From a virus: DNA of 64,000 bases. The position numbers were made by a program, and so were the translations under genes. The stretch covers positions 24,666 through 88,665 of IMG/VR virus record IMGVR_UViG_3300031369_000002; one strand, written 5' to 3'. The notes under the pieces were generated by a model. It was not told the DNA's origin. It saw only the letters and a program-made list of their open reading frames with translations, and did no database searches. This document shows, in pieces, positions 42,008 to 52,096 of the stretch; the first letter of the stretch is position 1; every line of letters starts with the position of its first letter.

Positions 42008-44509
42008 TTATAATTTCAAACCAGTAGTTAAAGCCTTACCACTAATAGACTTAGAATCTAAAGTTAATTTACAAGTACAAATCATTTGAAATTTAGACTC
42101 ATCATCTAAACCTAAACTTGTAGTTATATTAATAGGCACCTCAGCACCAGGAAAATCTATAATTATTTTATTTTGTCCAGGATAAGCAGCTATTAAATTT
42201 TTTATAGCAGAAGCTTCCACAGGATTTAATTCCTTAGGTATAACTACTCTTAAAATAACAGGAGATTTATTAATAACTTTATTTTCATCAGAAACCACAT
42301 TTAAATCAACTTTTTTATCTTCCTCAGGGTTTTTATCTGGAATATCTTTAGACCCTTTATCCGCAAAAAACTCGCCAAATCCAAAATCATCTTTTCCAGT
42401 ATCAAAAGATTTTTCTATTCCTTCTCCCCAATCTAATAACTCACCATAAGAAGGTCCAACCTGAAAATCCATTTTAATATGAGGAAAATTAGTAATAGGA
42501 ATCTCACAAGCTTTCCGCATAGCAGCCATTAATTTAACCACATCAACGGACCTATGTATATAAAAAGCAAAGGAGTCATGAGTAGTTAATATAGGTTTAA
42601 TAACATCATTAAACCGAGGCCCAAAATCTTTTAAAAGAGTCTGTCCTAATCTATACATGGCAATACGCATAATATCTGCAGCAGTACCTTGCACAGTAAT
42701 ATTAAAAGCTTCTCGCTCAGCCTTAAACCTTAATTTACTATTATCACTTCTAAACTCAGGCATATGAGCAATACGCCCAAAATGAGTCACTACATAACAA
42801 TTTCTTTTTGCCCCATCAGTAATATCTTTGATATGTTGAACTCCCTCAGGAATAGCCTGAAAGTAGTTATTAACATATTTCTGACACTCCGCTTTTGCTA
42901 TCCCAATTCTTTTAGAAATACCCATCGCCCTCATACCATACATAATACCAAAAGAAAAAGTTTTACCATCAGACCTTAATTTCTTTGTAACCTGAGCCTC
43001 TGGCACTTGGAAAATCATAGAAGCATTTTTAGTATGCATATCAACACCATGCCTATAACCTTCCAATAAAGCTCTGGACTGAGAACGTCCAGCAAATACC
43101 CTATACTCTACCTGAGAAAAGTCACCCTCTAAGACATAAAAATCCTTAGGCGGTACATAACACTTTCTCACATTACAGCTAATCTCATAATCATCTCCAT
43201 AAGGGTTATAAATTTCCCAACTGGCTTTCTTAGGCTGATTTTGCATATTAGGGTCATAAGAAGCAAAACGACCACTTATAACATGAGCCGTAGCGTAAGA
43301 AGTATGAATCCTATTAGTAATATTATTAATATACTCCTGCATACCATTAAAGAAATCCTCAGCATGTTTACGAATAGATCGCCAATAAAGAATATTCTTA
43401 ACAATAGGATAATCTTTAGCCATTGCCTCAAGCACAGTGGCATTAGTTGAAGGTTTACCAGTCTTAGCAGACCTTTCCTGAACTGGATAACCTAATCGCT
43501 CAAATAAAATTCTACCGACTTGAGCAGAAGAACCTAAATCAAAAGTAATTTTAGCTCCCACTTTATCAGAAACAAACTCATAAATTAAAGTCTGTAATCT
43601 GACATTCTCCGAAGTTAAGGCTTTATATTGTCTTTTCATTTCTTCAATATCACATAGCACACCATTTAACTCCATCAACTTAACCAATGGAATTATACCT
43701 TGATCGACCTTTAATAAAAACATATCTTTAACTTGAGGATATAATTTATTAAATAGTCTTAAGGTCATATCACAATCAGCACAGCCATATTGATAAGGAC
43801 TAACCAAATCTCCACCAGGTAAAGGGATTTCTTCTCTTGGGTCCAAAGTCTCAAATCTGATAAGGTTAGCCTTTTTAGCCTTAGCTTTTTTACCAACACT
43901 TTTCTTATCAGGGTCAACCCCAAATAATTGCTCTATCTGAACCATTTGAATCCCTAACTCAGATAAGACTATCTTTTTAAGACTAGCCGTTGAGCTACCC
44001 GTTCCAATATTCATATAACGGCCTGTTAAATAGGCCATAGCCATAGTATCAAACTTAACAAAACAATTAATACCAAGCTTTTTAAATAAGGTAGGTTGCC
44101 ATTGAATACCCATTTCTTTATGAAAAATAGACAACCACAAATCAGTGGCATAATTAGGATTATTCTTTATAAAATCATCTGTCAAGTAAGAAGCTCCTAG
44201 AAGAGTTTGATCAAACTTTCTATTGTGGGCTACATAACAAATATTTTCATTTTCCAAACAAGGTTTTAAAAGCTCTAAAGCCTTATCATAATCAATATTT
44301 TTCCCTTTCTCATGATTAACAGGAATATACACCCCAGTTCCTTCTTGCCAGGATAAACCTATCCCAACTATATAATCATCATAAACAGACAAGCCGCTTG
44401 TTTCCAAGTCTATAGAACAAACGGACACATCTTTTAAAACGTTTATTACTGCATTTAATTTCTCTTCCTCATCAATACACTGATAAATTACATCTTGAAA
44501 TATAGGCAA
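42008..44509 (-). CDS. polA: family A DNA polymerase with 3'-5' exonuclease and C-terminal extension
   Basis: DLETSG, HNRKFD, YGCAD exonuclease motifs; SGRFASYDPNMQN, DFSQVEYR, KTFSFGIMYG, QGTAADI, THDS. Confidence 0.95.
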   Translation of the reverse strand: MPIFQDVIYQCIDEEEKLNAVINVLKDVSVCSIDLETSGLSVYDDYIVGIGLSWQEGTGVYIPVNHEKGKNIDYDKALELLKPCLENENICYVAHNRKFDQTLLGASYLTDDFIKNNPNYATDLWLSIFHKEMGIQWQPTLFKKLGINCFVKFDTMAMAYLTGRYMNIGTGSSTASLKKIVLSELGIQMVQIEQLFGVDPDKKSVGKKAKAKKANLIRFETLDPREEIPLPGGDLVSPYQYGCADCDMTLRLFNKLYPQVKDMFLLKVDQGIIPLVKLMELNGVLCDIEEMKRQYKALTSENVRLQTLIYEFVSDKVGAKITFDLGSSAQVGRILFERLGYPVQERSAKTGKPSTNATVLEAMAKDYPIVKNILYWRSIRKHAEDFFNGMQEYINNITNRIHTSYATAHVISGRFASYDPNMQNQPKKASWEIYNPYGDDYEISCNVRKCYVPPKDFYVLEGDFSQVEYRVFAGRSQSRALLEGYRHGVDMHTKNASMIFQVPEAQVTKKLRSDGKTFSFGIMYGMRAMGISKRIGIAKAECQKYVNNYFQAIPEGVQHIKDITDGAKRNCYVVTHFGRIAHMPEFRSDNSKLRFKAEREAFNITVQGTAADIMRIAMYRLGQTLLKDFGPRFNDVIKPILTTHDSFAFYIHRSVDVVKLMAAMRKACEIPITNFPHIKMDFQVGPSYGELLDWGEGIEKSFDTGKDDFGFGEFFADKGSKDIPDKNPEEDKKVDLNVVSDENKVINKSPVILRVVIPKELNPVEASAIKNLIAAYPGQNKIIIDFPGAEVPINITTSLGLDDESKFQMICTCKLTLDSKSISGKALTTGLKL

Positions 44510-44934
44510 AATAAAACAACTCCTTTCAATTTTAAATATTATACCTCAAAAATAAATTAAAAGCATGTGCAATTTTATTTTTGCATAGCTTCTTTTTTAC
44601 AATCATCACATAAATCTTTTCCTGCAATATAGGACCTCTCAACCCTAGCATTACAATGCTTACAAAGGATTTTATTACAAACTTCACACTTAACATATAA
44701 ATCCTTAAAATGCAACCCTTCACCACAGGAAGGGCAATACTTATCATATTCAATTTTTTTAGCCATAAACTCCCCCTAACCCATAATAGAACCGCAACCA
44801 CGACAAACCCATTTTTTAATAGACTCATCCCAATCCCAGTCCCTCATTCTTAAACATTTAATGCAATAATTAAATTTAACTGCCATAACTCCCTCCTTAA
44901 ACGGTAAAACCCGCCTTTAAGCGGGTACTTTAGT

Positions 44935-45291
44935 CTATACTTTTATTTCTTTATTAGCGATTTTCGCTAATTGATTACTATATTTTAAAAGTTTTACTCT
45001 TAAATTAGCTACCTCCATCTTAGTTAATCCTCTTTTGCTTATAACTCTCTCAGCTATTTTAGTCATATATGGAGCGTCATAGGCTGAGAATCCAACTCCA
45101 TTAGACTCATTAGTATGCTTATAAGCTTTCTCGTCGGCTGTTTGTAACTTATATAAAGTCACAACACCTTTCAAGACTGCATTTGAATTTCTAAGAAGTA
45201 AATTCCTTATCATTTCACCTGACCATACCTTGCTAGTTTGGTCTTTCTTTAAAACCTTAACATCTGTATTTAATAATGCAAATCTACTCAT
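44935..45291 (-). CDS. conserved phage early protein
   Basis: LYKLQTADEK...NGVGFSAYDA; follows class I promoter 45320-45366; terminator 44909-44927. Confidence 0.75.
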   Translation of the reverse strand: MSRFALLNTDVKVLKKDQTSKVWSGEMIRNLLLRNSNAVLKGVVTLYKLQTADEKAYKHTNESNGVGFSAYDAPYMTKIAERVISKRGLTKMEVANLRVKLLKYSNQLAKIANKEIKV

Positions 45292-45383
45292 AATCGAATC
45301 CTCCTAAAAAATTTAATAATTTATCTTATGTTTATATAATACCATAGTCCTATACATATGTCAAGGAAAACCATTAAATTTAT

Positions 45384-45552
45384 AAAAAAATAGGTAGAAA
45401 CTTTTTAAGCTCCTACCACAATCTTTTAATTTCATATCATTATTTAAGGGAGTTCTAACTGAAATAATTCCAACATCCACCAACTAGATATCCTAAACTA
45501 TTATCAGACAAGAACATTATATTATACCTACAAAAGAGTAAAATTTACTGTT
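45384..45552 (-). ncRNA. candidate sRNA (~130 nt) from a class II promoter
   Basis: AACAGT(45547-52)-20-TATAAT(45521-26); terminator 45393-45417 plus U7; AACUCCCUUA anti-SD; a class I promoter follows. Confidence 0.5.
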
Positions 45553-45654
45553 ATTTTAAAATAAACATTAAATTATCATCATTACCCTTATGTATATATA
45601 AATTCATTTCCGCTCCTAACAGGTATTATACCTCTAAAAGAATAAAGTTTACTG

Positions 45655-45984
45655 TTATTTTTTAATTTTTTTAAAATTATTTTTTAACTTTTCTTCACAA
45701 ACCCCGCAAACTACATATTGATCCCACTCACCCAAATTCTTTTTATCTACAAACTCTTCATTTGAAATATCTCGGACACAATCGTCACAAAAGAAATTTA
45801 AACATTTTTGACATTCGTACATACAATCATTACAGTACTCATTGCCACAATCATAACAAGTATCAATATGATCCGTTGCACATTCTTCACAATAGCCTAC
45901 CCCACAATCACCACAATAACTAACTACTCCTTCCTCTTCCATTTCAGTAGTTAATTCTACATTACATTTTTCACAATAATTCAT
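45655..45984 (-). CDS. Cys-rich protein with eight CxxC pairs
   Basis: 16 Cys arranged as CxxC. Confidence 0.75.
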   Translation of the reverse strand: MNYCEKCNVELTTEMEEEGVVSYCGDCGVGYCEECATDHIDTCYDCGNEYCNDCMYECQKCLNFFCDDCVRDISNEEFVDKKNLGEWDQYVVCGVCEEKLKNNFKKIKK

Positions 45985-45996
45985 ATTTTCCTCCTA

Positions 45997-46644
45997 TTAA
46001 AAATAAATTTTACTTTTTAAAAAACTATTCCACAACTCAGACTTATATTTTAAATATAAATCATAAGGATCAACACCACCAGATAATAAAACATATCCTA
46101 ATCTAACACCTAAGTCAGCCTCTTTTAATTTAGAGATCACATTATCTTTAGCCCTCTGACCAGCTTTATCCCCATCAAAAATAACTATTATAGTTTTAGC
46201 CCACCTTGCTATTAATTGAGCTTGATATTTAGTCGCAGCTACACCCATAGAAGAAACAGTATTATATAAACCAGACATCTGCATCCCTATAACATCTGTA
46301 AAGCCTTCTACTATAAAACACACTCTAGATTTTGCTATATGAGGCATAGCTATATTAAGTCCATAAACATTTTTAGATTTCTCAAAACCTGGCTTATTTA
46401 AAACCAAATATTTAATACCTTTATCTATAGATCGACTAGCAAAAGAGACACAGTCATTTTGCCAATTATAAATAGGAAAAACAAGCCTTTTATATAAAAC
46501 CTCAAAACCTGTTAATTTTTGCTTGCAATAACCTAAATTATAATAATCTAAAGTATAATCATTTATGCCTCTGCTTAATAAATAATTATAAGCCTCAGGT
46601 TGTCTCTTTAAAGTATATTTAAAATTATTGACCAGATTTTCCAT
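45997..46644 (-). CDS. DnaG-type primase catalytic core/Toprim (no zinc finger)
   Basis: AYNYLLSRGI, RLVFPI, KYL, IVEGFTDV, FDGDKAG, DPYD. Confidence 0.9.
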   Translation of the reverse strand: MENLVNNFKYTLKRQPEAYNYLLSRGINDYTLDYYNLGYCKQKLTGFEVLYKRLVFPIYNWQNDCVSFASRSIDKGIKYLVLNKPGFEKSKNVYGLNIAMPHIAKSRVCFIVEGFTDVIGMQMSGLYNTVSSMGVAATKYQAQLIARWAKTIIVIFDGDKAGQRAKDNVISKLKEADLGVRLGYVLLSGGVDPYDLYLKYKSELWNSFLKSKIYF

Positions 46645-46788
46645 TTAGCTCCCTCCTTCTTTTTAAAGCTTCTCTTTCTATATCAGCCTGAACCACTTTA
46701 TAATAACAAGCCTGGCCATAAGCAAAACCTTTATAAAACTTCTCATTTCCTTCTTTTAAAAGTTTCTTACACCTCCAACATCTATGAA

Positions 46789-47715
46789 CTACCATAATAT
46801 CAAGAACCTTTCCAAAGCTCCTATAATATTCCCTTTTCTATAAGACACATCTAAATTAGCTAATAATTTTATTCTCCTTAGAATAGTCTCCTCAGACACT
46901 CCTTTACACAAAAAGAATAGTTTATTAACTAAAAATAAAGGTACCCCAGATATTGTCGCCATATCTTTAAATCCTCTATCATTACTTCTATACTTAATAA
47001 TTAAAAGCATATTAAGTAAATAATACTCTATACCTGCTATAATCAAAGGTATATCTTTTTCTTGTATTAAAGACACCATATCTAAAGTATAAGTCCGCTC
47101 AAACAACTTATTCACAAAGTTATCATTTATACTTACATTAACAAACTCAGCTACTAATTCCTTAGTAATCTTCTTACCAAGATAATTTAATTTTTCAATC
47201 TCATTTAAAATTTTAGATAGATTACCTCCACAAGCTACATATAATGTATTCCTTGCGTCATGAGTAAAACTACCTTTCATAGATATAAGCTCTAAAGTTT
47301 GCTCCAAACTCAGCTCTTTACATTCTATAAATTTACCACTATCCCTCTTTTCTATAAAAGGTCTATATCGGTCCTCCTTAGTCTGAGGAAATACCTCATT
47401 TCCTACACAAATTAAACTAGTCTTTCTCATATGTATTAAGTTAGTCCATTTAATAACAAAACTAAAATCTTTAATTTGATCGGCATTTTTAAGAAGAATC
47501 AATCTATCATTATTCCCATATTGCTTTAACTCAGCATCTATATTAACAATACTATCCTTGGCCCCATCTAATTTAATTAAACCTAAATCAGAAACATTAC
47601 GACTAGCCATCTCAGCTTTTAACACTTCATTAACTAAAATCCTTTCTTTTCCACAAATGTATACAAGTCTTTTCCTCTCAGGAAATTTATTTAGCCATTG
47701 CAAAAAATAAGCCAT
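46789..47715 (-). CDS. DNA polymerase III delta (HolA)-like clamp loader subunit
   Basis: VYICGKERIL, RLILLKNAD, GGNLSKILNEIEKL, LDVSYRKG. Confidence 0.75.
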   Translation of the reverse strand: MAYFLQWLNKFPERKRLVYICGKERILVNEVLKAEMASRNVSDLGLIKLDGAKDSIVNIDAELKQYGNNDRLILLKNADQIKDFSFVIKWTNLIHMRKTSLICVGNEVFPQTKEDRYRPFIEKRDSGKFIECKELSLEQTLELISMKGSFTHDARNTLYVACGGNLSKILNEIEKLNYLGKKITKELVAEFVNVSINDNFVNKLFERTYTLDMVSLIQEKDIPLIIAGIEYYLLNMLLIIKYRSNDRGFKDMATISGVPLFLVNKLFFLCKGVSEETILRRIKLLANLDVSYRKGNIIGALERFLILW

Positions 47716-47719
47716 TAAT

Positions 47720-48511
47720 TCACTTCCTCTCCTTACACCTAATACCTATATAAACCATTTTTAAAGAGACTTTTAAAGGTAAAGCCAGCCACTTTAAAAC
47801 CTTATCTTTATCAAATAAAACCGTATTAGCCAGACTTAAATCATCTTTAGAAAATAAAAGTCTAGGACTTATATGCATTACTAAAACATTCTCCACTAAA
47901 ATCCTAAAATATTTTACCTCTTCCTCAGTCCAACTTTTAACAATCTCATATAACCTCTCTATCTTTCCATTACTTAATGTTGAAATATAGAGCATGATAT
48001 TATTTAATAGTGTGTCGGCCTTCATAAGCTCCTCTAATTTCATAAAAGAACCACCAGCATAACAAGCCTTTCCAAAAGGCACTTTAACATTATATTTCTC
48101 CTCATATTTAACCATTAACTCATATTCACTTAAAGGAGAAATATGAAGGACTTTACACCTAGATATAATAGTCTCAGGTACACCTAAATCAATATTCCCA
48201 GTCAATATAAAACGGCTTCTATTAGGAGTCTCCTCCAAAACTTTTAATAAGGCTTGTGCTGCATTATTAGATATCTCATCTATATTCAGTATAACAATTT
48301 TATACTCTGAACCAAAAGGCCTCACATTAACAAACTTTATAATATCCCTTATTACATCTATAGTACATTTATTAACACTTTTAATATCATAGCTTTTTGA
48401 GTATTTTAAAGCTACTTTTAAAGCTATTTCAAATTTTCCTATACCAGGAATACCAGACAATAAATAATTGCCTGGATTTTTAAACTCAGACAAAAATTCC
48501 TTATATCTCAT
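47720..48511 (-). CDS. DNA polymerase III delta' (HolB)-like clamp loader subunit
   Basis: GIPGIGK, KIVIL, AQALLKVLEE, ETIISRC. Confidence 0.82.
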   Translation of the reverse strand: MRYKEFLSEFKNPGNYLLSGIPGIGKFEIALKVALKYSKSYDIKSVNKCTIDVIRDIIKFVNVRPFGSEYKIVILNIDEISNNAAQALLKVLEETPNRSRFILTGNIDLGVPETIISRCKVLHISPLSEYELMVKYEEKYNVKVPFGKACYAGGSFMKLEELMKADTLLNNIMLYISTLSNGKIERLYEIVKSWTEEEVKYFRILVENVLVMHISPRLLFSKDDLSLANTVLFDKDKVLKWLALPLKVSLKMVYIGIRCKERK

Positions 48512-48573
48512 AAAACCTCCTATAAAAAAATAATGATAGAGGCTTTAAACTCTACCATTATTTTATATTTATT

Positions 48574-49266
48574 TTAATAAGTAATTCCTAAGTCATCTTT
48601 TAAAACTACTCTCAATTTATTTAACATATAAGATACACCTGTAGTGGAAATACCCAAATCTTTAGCTAAGACACTTAAGTTCAAACCTGACTTAGTTTTA
48701 AATTCCCTTTTAGTTTTTCCACCAGAAAAGACATGTTCCATAATTTTATCAAAGAATAAAGGGAAATTATTCCCTAAAGAAGTTACTTTTCTTTCTTTCA
48801 ATCCTTCCTTTATATAATCTACCAGCTCTTTAAACTCTAATTGATAATTATCTGCCACAGCCCCTAAACTGTCTAAAAAGGTTGTGGTATTATCAGAATC
48901 GGAGATCAGTTTATTGGTAGACAAACCCTCTGCCCAAAAAAGTCTTTTATAAGCATCTCTTTTACCGAGAAGCTTTTTATTAGTCCAACTATATAAAAAC
49001 GTAGAAAATTTAACTTTTGACATTTCTCCCGTTCTTTTATTGAGAAATATCTTATCAGGGTCAAACTTATTTAAATAATCCCCCTCAAAAAAATCCGTCA
49101 TTAATTCCTGTGTGACATCTTCTATAATATCATCTGGAAAATACCCCTTATAATATATATGAGTTCTAATTTTAGGAAACCATATTTTATAAAAATCCGA
49201 GTAATTTTTTGGAGCAATGCTCAAAATATTCTTACTACTATTACCCTTATCTAATCTTATTTTCAT
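48574..49266 (-). CDS. phage RNA polymerase sigma-like factor
   Basis: Region 2-like EDVTQEL...FDP...KFSTFLYSW; region 4-like HTH NLSVLAKDLGISTTGVSYMLNKLR. Confidence 0.72.
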   Translation of the reverse strand: MKIRLDKGNSSKNILSIAPKNYSDFYKIWFPKIRTHIYYKGYFPDDIIEDVTQELMTDFFEGDYLNKFDPDKIFLNKRTGEMSKVKFSTFLYSWTNKKLLGKRDAYKRLFWAEGLSTNKLISDSDNTTTFLDSLGAVADNYQLEFKELVDYIKEGLKERKVTSLGNNFPLFFDKIMEHVFSGGKTKREFKTKSGLNLSVLAKDLGISTTGVSYMLNKLRVVLKDDLGITY

Positions 49267-49294
49267 TTTTAAAAATCCCCCTTAAATATTTAAT

Positions 49295-49333
49295 ATAAAC
49301 ATATAATACACTAAGGTTAGACACATGTCAAGG
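49295..49333 (-). promoter_or_regulatory. Class I promoter of the sigma gene
   Basis: TTGACA(49326-31)tgtgtc-17-TATTAT(49303-08). Confidence 0.75.
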
Positions 49334-49349
49334 AAAATTTAAAAAAATG

Positions 49350-49877
49350 TTACACATCCTCAGCCTTACTCTTAGTAGGCCTACGCCTTTTTTTCTTGGG
49401 CAAAATAATGCCACAATAACCTAAACAAGTTTTGCCTACAGTATAAATATCACCTGAATCATCCACAAGCTCATAACCATACTTACCTTTACCACCACAA
49501 ATACATTTAAAAGGCTCCTCTTTAGGCTCAGGAGACACTAAAACTAAATTTTTATCTTTTATAAAAGCCTCTACCTTTTCCTTAGTTGTTATACGTTTTT
49601 TAGAGCTTTTAGTTTGCACCTCTTTATCTTTTTTAGATTCTATCTCTTTAACCTCATCTACCTTTTTAAATTTATTTCTATCCTCAGGTTTTATAGGCTT
49701 TCTTTTATTTACCTTAGTATCTTTTACAACCTTATCAGATTTTTCAGTCATTTTTATATTATCTTCCTTAGTCTCAGGAACAGGCTTTTTCTCCTTTGTA
49801 GTATTTACTTTTTCCTTTTCTTCCTCTACCTCAGGTAAAAAAACTACATCTGTTAATCTTGATTGTTTTCTTGCCAT
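49350..49877 (-). CDS. Lys/Glu-rich protein with C-terminal zinc-binding motif
   Basis: Low-complexity N-terminus; CICG...VGKTC. Confidence 0.65.
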   Translation of the reverse strand: MARKQSRLTDVVFLPEVEEEKEKVNTTKEKKPVPETKEDNIKMTEKSDKVVKDTKVNKRKPIKPEDRNKFKKVDEVKEIESKKDKEVQTKSSKKRITTKEKVEAFIKDKNLVLVSPEPKEEPFKCICGGKGKYGYELVDDSGDIYTVGKTCLGYCGIILPKKKRRRPTKSKAEDV

Positions 49878-49900
49878 TAATATTCTCCTCTCCTTTTTAA

Positions 49901-51118
49901 TTAATCTATATCAAAAATACAAGACTCAGGACTCCTATCATCCCGCCACCTAAATAAAACAGCATGTCTATATCTTTTATTTTTAGTTAGCTCCTGCCCT
50001 TTTACTTCAATAACTTTATCTAAATACTCCTTTTTTAAACTACCATCCTCAGCGGTTAAATTATGCCTTAACTCTAAAGACATTTGACTGACCGCAGCTA
50101 TTTCATGTATATCACCATTAGACAAATACACACTAACTAATAAACTACCTACCATACCTTTAAAATTATTCTTACCTGGAATATAACCAGTTATGAAACC
50201 CTCAAAAGATTCAAACTTTTTAAGCTTCCACATATCTGCAGACTTTTTACCCTCAGCATACTTACCCACTATCTTTTTAAACATAAGACCCTCACCACCT
50301 TTAGCAGTAATAGTCTCAAAAGTTTTCTTTAAATCTTCGCAGACTTCCCCACAAACCCCATCTAAATATAAATCTTCTATAACCTCTTTTTTATCACTCA
50401 TAGGCATAGTTATTTTTAAATAAGGGTTATAATTTTTTAAAATAAGAAAAACTCCTTCTAACATTCGTCTTCTAACATACCAAGGAAATTGCGTAATATC
50501 TCTACCTTTATACCTTATAATATCAAATAAATAATATTCACAAGGCCCATAAACTTCTTGTAATTTAATTGCCTTATCTACATCAGAACCAATAACCGCC
50601 ATAGTAGTGGTCAAAGTACCTTTAGTTATAGAACCTTTTTTTCCTTTAGGGTCTAATATTTTAGTGTCAATACTATCAACAGGCATCAGAAATTCACCAT
50701 CTAAAACAGTGTCATTAAATTCTCTTAAATCAGCTCTCCCATTAAAATGAGGAAATTTATGTGTATTCTCAGTATACACATAATTTACATCAGACCTAGC
50801 TCGTGTATCAAAACGCCATTTATTATTTAAAATATGGCCTTTCATACGTACACCGTCTAATTTAACCTCAGCAATCCAAGCAGGATTATTCCAAAACCTT
50901 TTATTCATTTCATCAGTATCCCAAGGTTTTCCTTTAGAATAATCTAAAAACTTTTTTGCATCCTGAGCGGACATAGTTGCTATTTGATTACTAATATAAC
51001 CCTCAGGAGCTTTAACAACCATTAATTTGTCCATTAACTCACTTATAGACTCATTCCCTTCTAAGGAAATCTTAAGTTCCTTAGCTTCCTTTAATAAATA
51101 TTCTTTATTTCTTGCCAT
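49901..51118 (-). CDS. ATP-dependent DNA ligase
   Basis: EVKLDGVR, LDGEF, LFDII, EGLMFK, WKLKK, RWRDDR. Confidence 0.93.
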   Translation of the reverse strand: MARNKEYLLKEAKELKISLEGNESISELMDKLMVVKAPEGYISNQIATMSAQDAKKFLDYSKGKPWDTDEMNKRFWNNPAWIAEVKLDGVRMKGHILNNKWRFDTRARSDVNYVYTENTHKFPHFNGRADLREFNDTVLDGEFLMPVDSIDTKILDPKGKKGSITKGTLTTTMAVIGSDVDKAIKLQEVYGPCEYYLFDIIRYKGRDITQFPWYVRRRMLEGVFLILKNYNPYLKITMPMSDKKEVIEDLYLDGVCGEVCEDLKKTFETITAKGGEGLMFKKIVGKYAEGKKSADMWKLKKFESFEGFITGYIPGKNNFKGMVGSLLVSVYLSNGDIHEIAAVSQMSLELRHNLTAEDGSLKKEYLDKVIEVKGQELTKNKRYRHAVLFRWRDDRSPESCIFDID

Positions 51119-51201
51119 AAAGCACCTCCATTTTTTATTGAATATTATACCTGCAAAACATTAAAAAAGCATGTACAATAAAAAATAAAAGACCTTGCGG
51201 C

Positions 51202-51441
51202 CTAAATATCAGATATATCAGTTAATTCCTGTAATTCCTCTTGAATTCTTTTGACTCCCTCTTCCGATATAAGTAAAAACTTTTTTGCTCCTATATATCG
51301 TAATTCCTCTGGCTTAAATTTAGACTCTTCAATCATCTGATGTATACGAGTCCTTTTTCTATATAAAATATCTGCCACATCAGCGACAGTATACCACCCG
51401 CTTAAAGGCAATATCTTACTCTTGTCAAAACGTTCTATCAT
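51202..51441 (-). CDS. small HTH DNA-binding protein
   Basis: YTVADVADILYRKRTRIHQMIE. Confidence 0.7.
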   Translation of the reverse strand: MIERFDKSKILPLSGWYTVADVADILYRKRTRIHQMIEESKFKPEELRYIGAKKFLLISEEGVKRIQEELQELTDISDI

Positions 51442-51444
51442 GAC

Positions 51445-51969
51445 TCATCCTCCTATAAATTTTTTACACTTCTCCAACCAATCTATATAAACTTTATTAG
51501 ATGTCTTTCCTTTATCCAATAAATCTTTAATCAACCAACAACGATTAATTTTATTAATTTTAGCACGAAACTGGTCATTTGTCAATGTGCCTAAAAACTC
51601 TCTAAACATCCTCTCTACTACATCAGAGTAATCTCCCGTAAAAGAAACAGTATTTTTAATCTTATAAAACCTCTCCTCATAATCTTCCATTTGTATATTA
51701 ATACTAAACCTTTTAATTAATAAGTTACATGCCGATCCAAAAGACATATCTTCCATTTCTTTAACAAACTCTATAACATCCCAAACCTTATCACAGGTCC
51801 AACAAAAAACAGTGTTTGTATCAGGATAAATACGAGCAGACTTTTTAACATCCGCTCCATGAAAAGGACAATTAATTTGCTCCTTAGCACCACCCATATA
51901 AGATATTTTATATATATCTAAAACATTATAGATGGACACATTACTTTTTATAGCTTCTACCAAATCCAT
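51445..51969 (-). CDS. stand-alone CHC2 zinc-finger (primase zinc-binding) protein
   Basis: CPFH...FCWTC...DVIEFVKEMEDMSFGSA; start MDLVE after GGAGG. Confidence 0.85.
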   Translation of the reverse strand: MDLVEAIKSNVSIYNVLDIYKISYMGGAKEQINCPFHGADVKKSARIYPDTNTVFCWTCDKVWDVIEFVKEMEDMSFGSACNLLIKRFSINIQMEDYEERFYKIKNTVSFTGDYSDVVERMFREFLGTLTNDQFRAKINKINRCWLIKDLLDKGKTSNKVYIDWLEKCKKFIGG

Positions 51970-52096
51970 TGACTTATACCCTCCAAAAAAGAGCCTAAAA
52001 ATACTAAAAACATTCCCCATAAATAAATAATTATAGGTACCCATAAAACCATAAGCATCATATAAAAAATAATACTAAACCAAGGTATTTTACGCA

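Noticed and set aside
42008-44509. Intein or intron in polA (also checked recA and helicase)
   Set aside because: Insertions are short, with no intein terminal motifs or homing endonuclease signatures; frames are continuous
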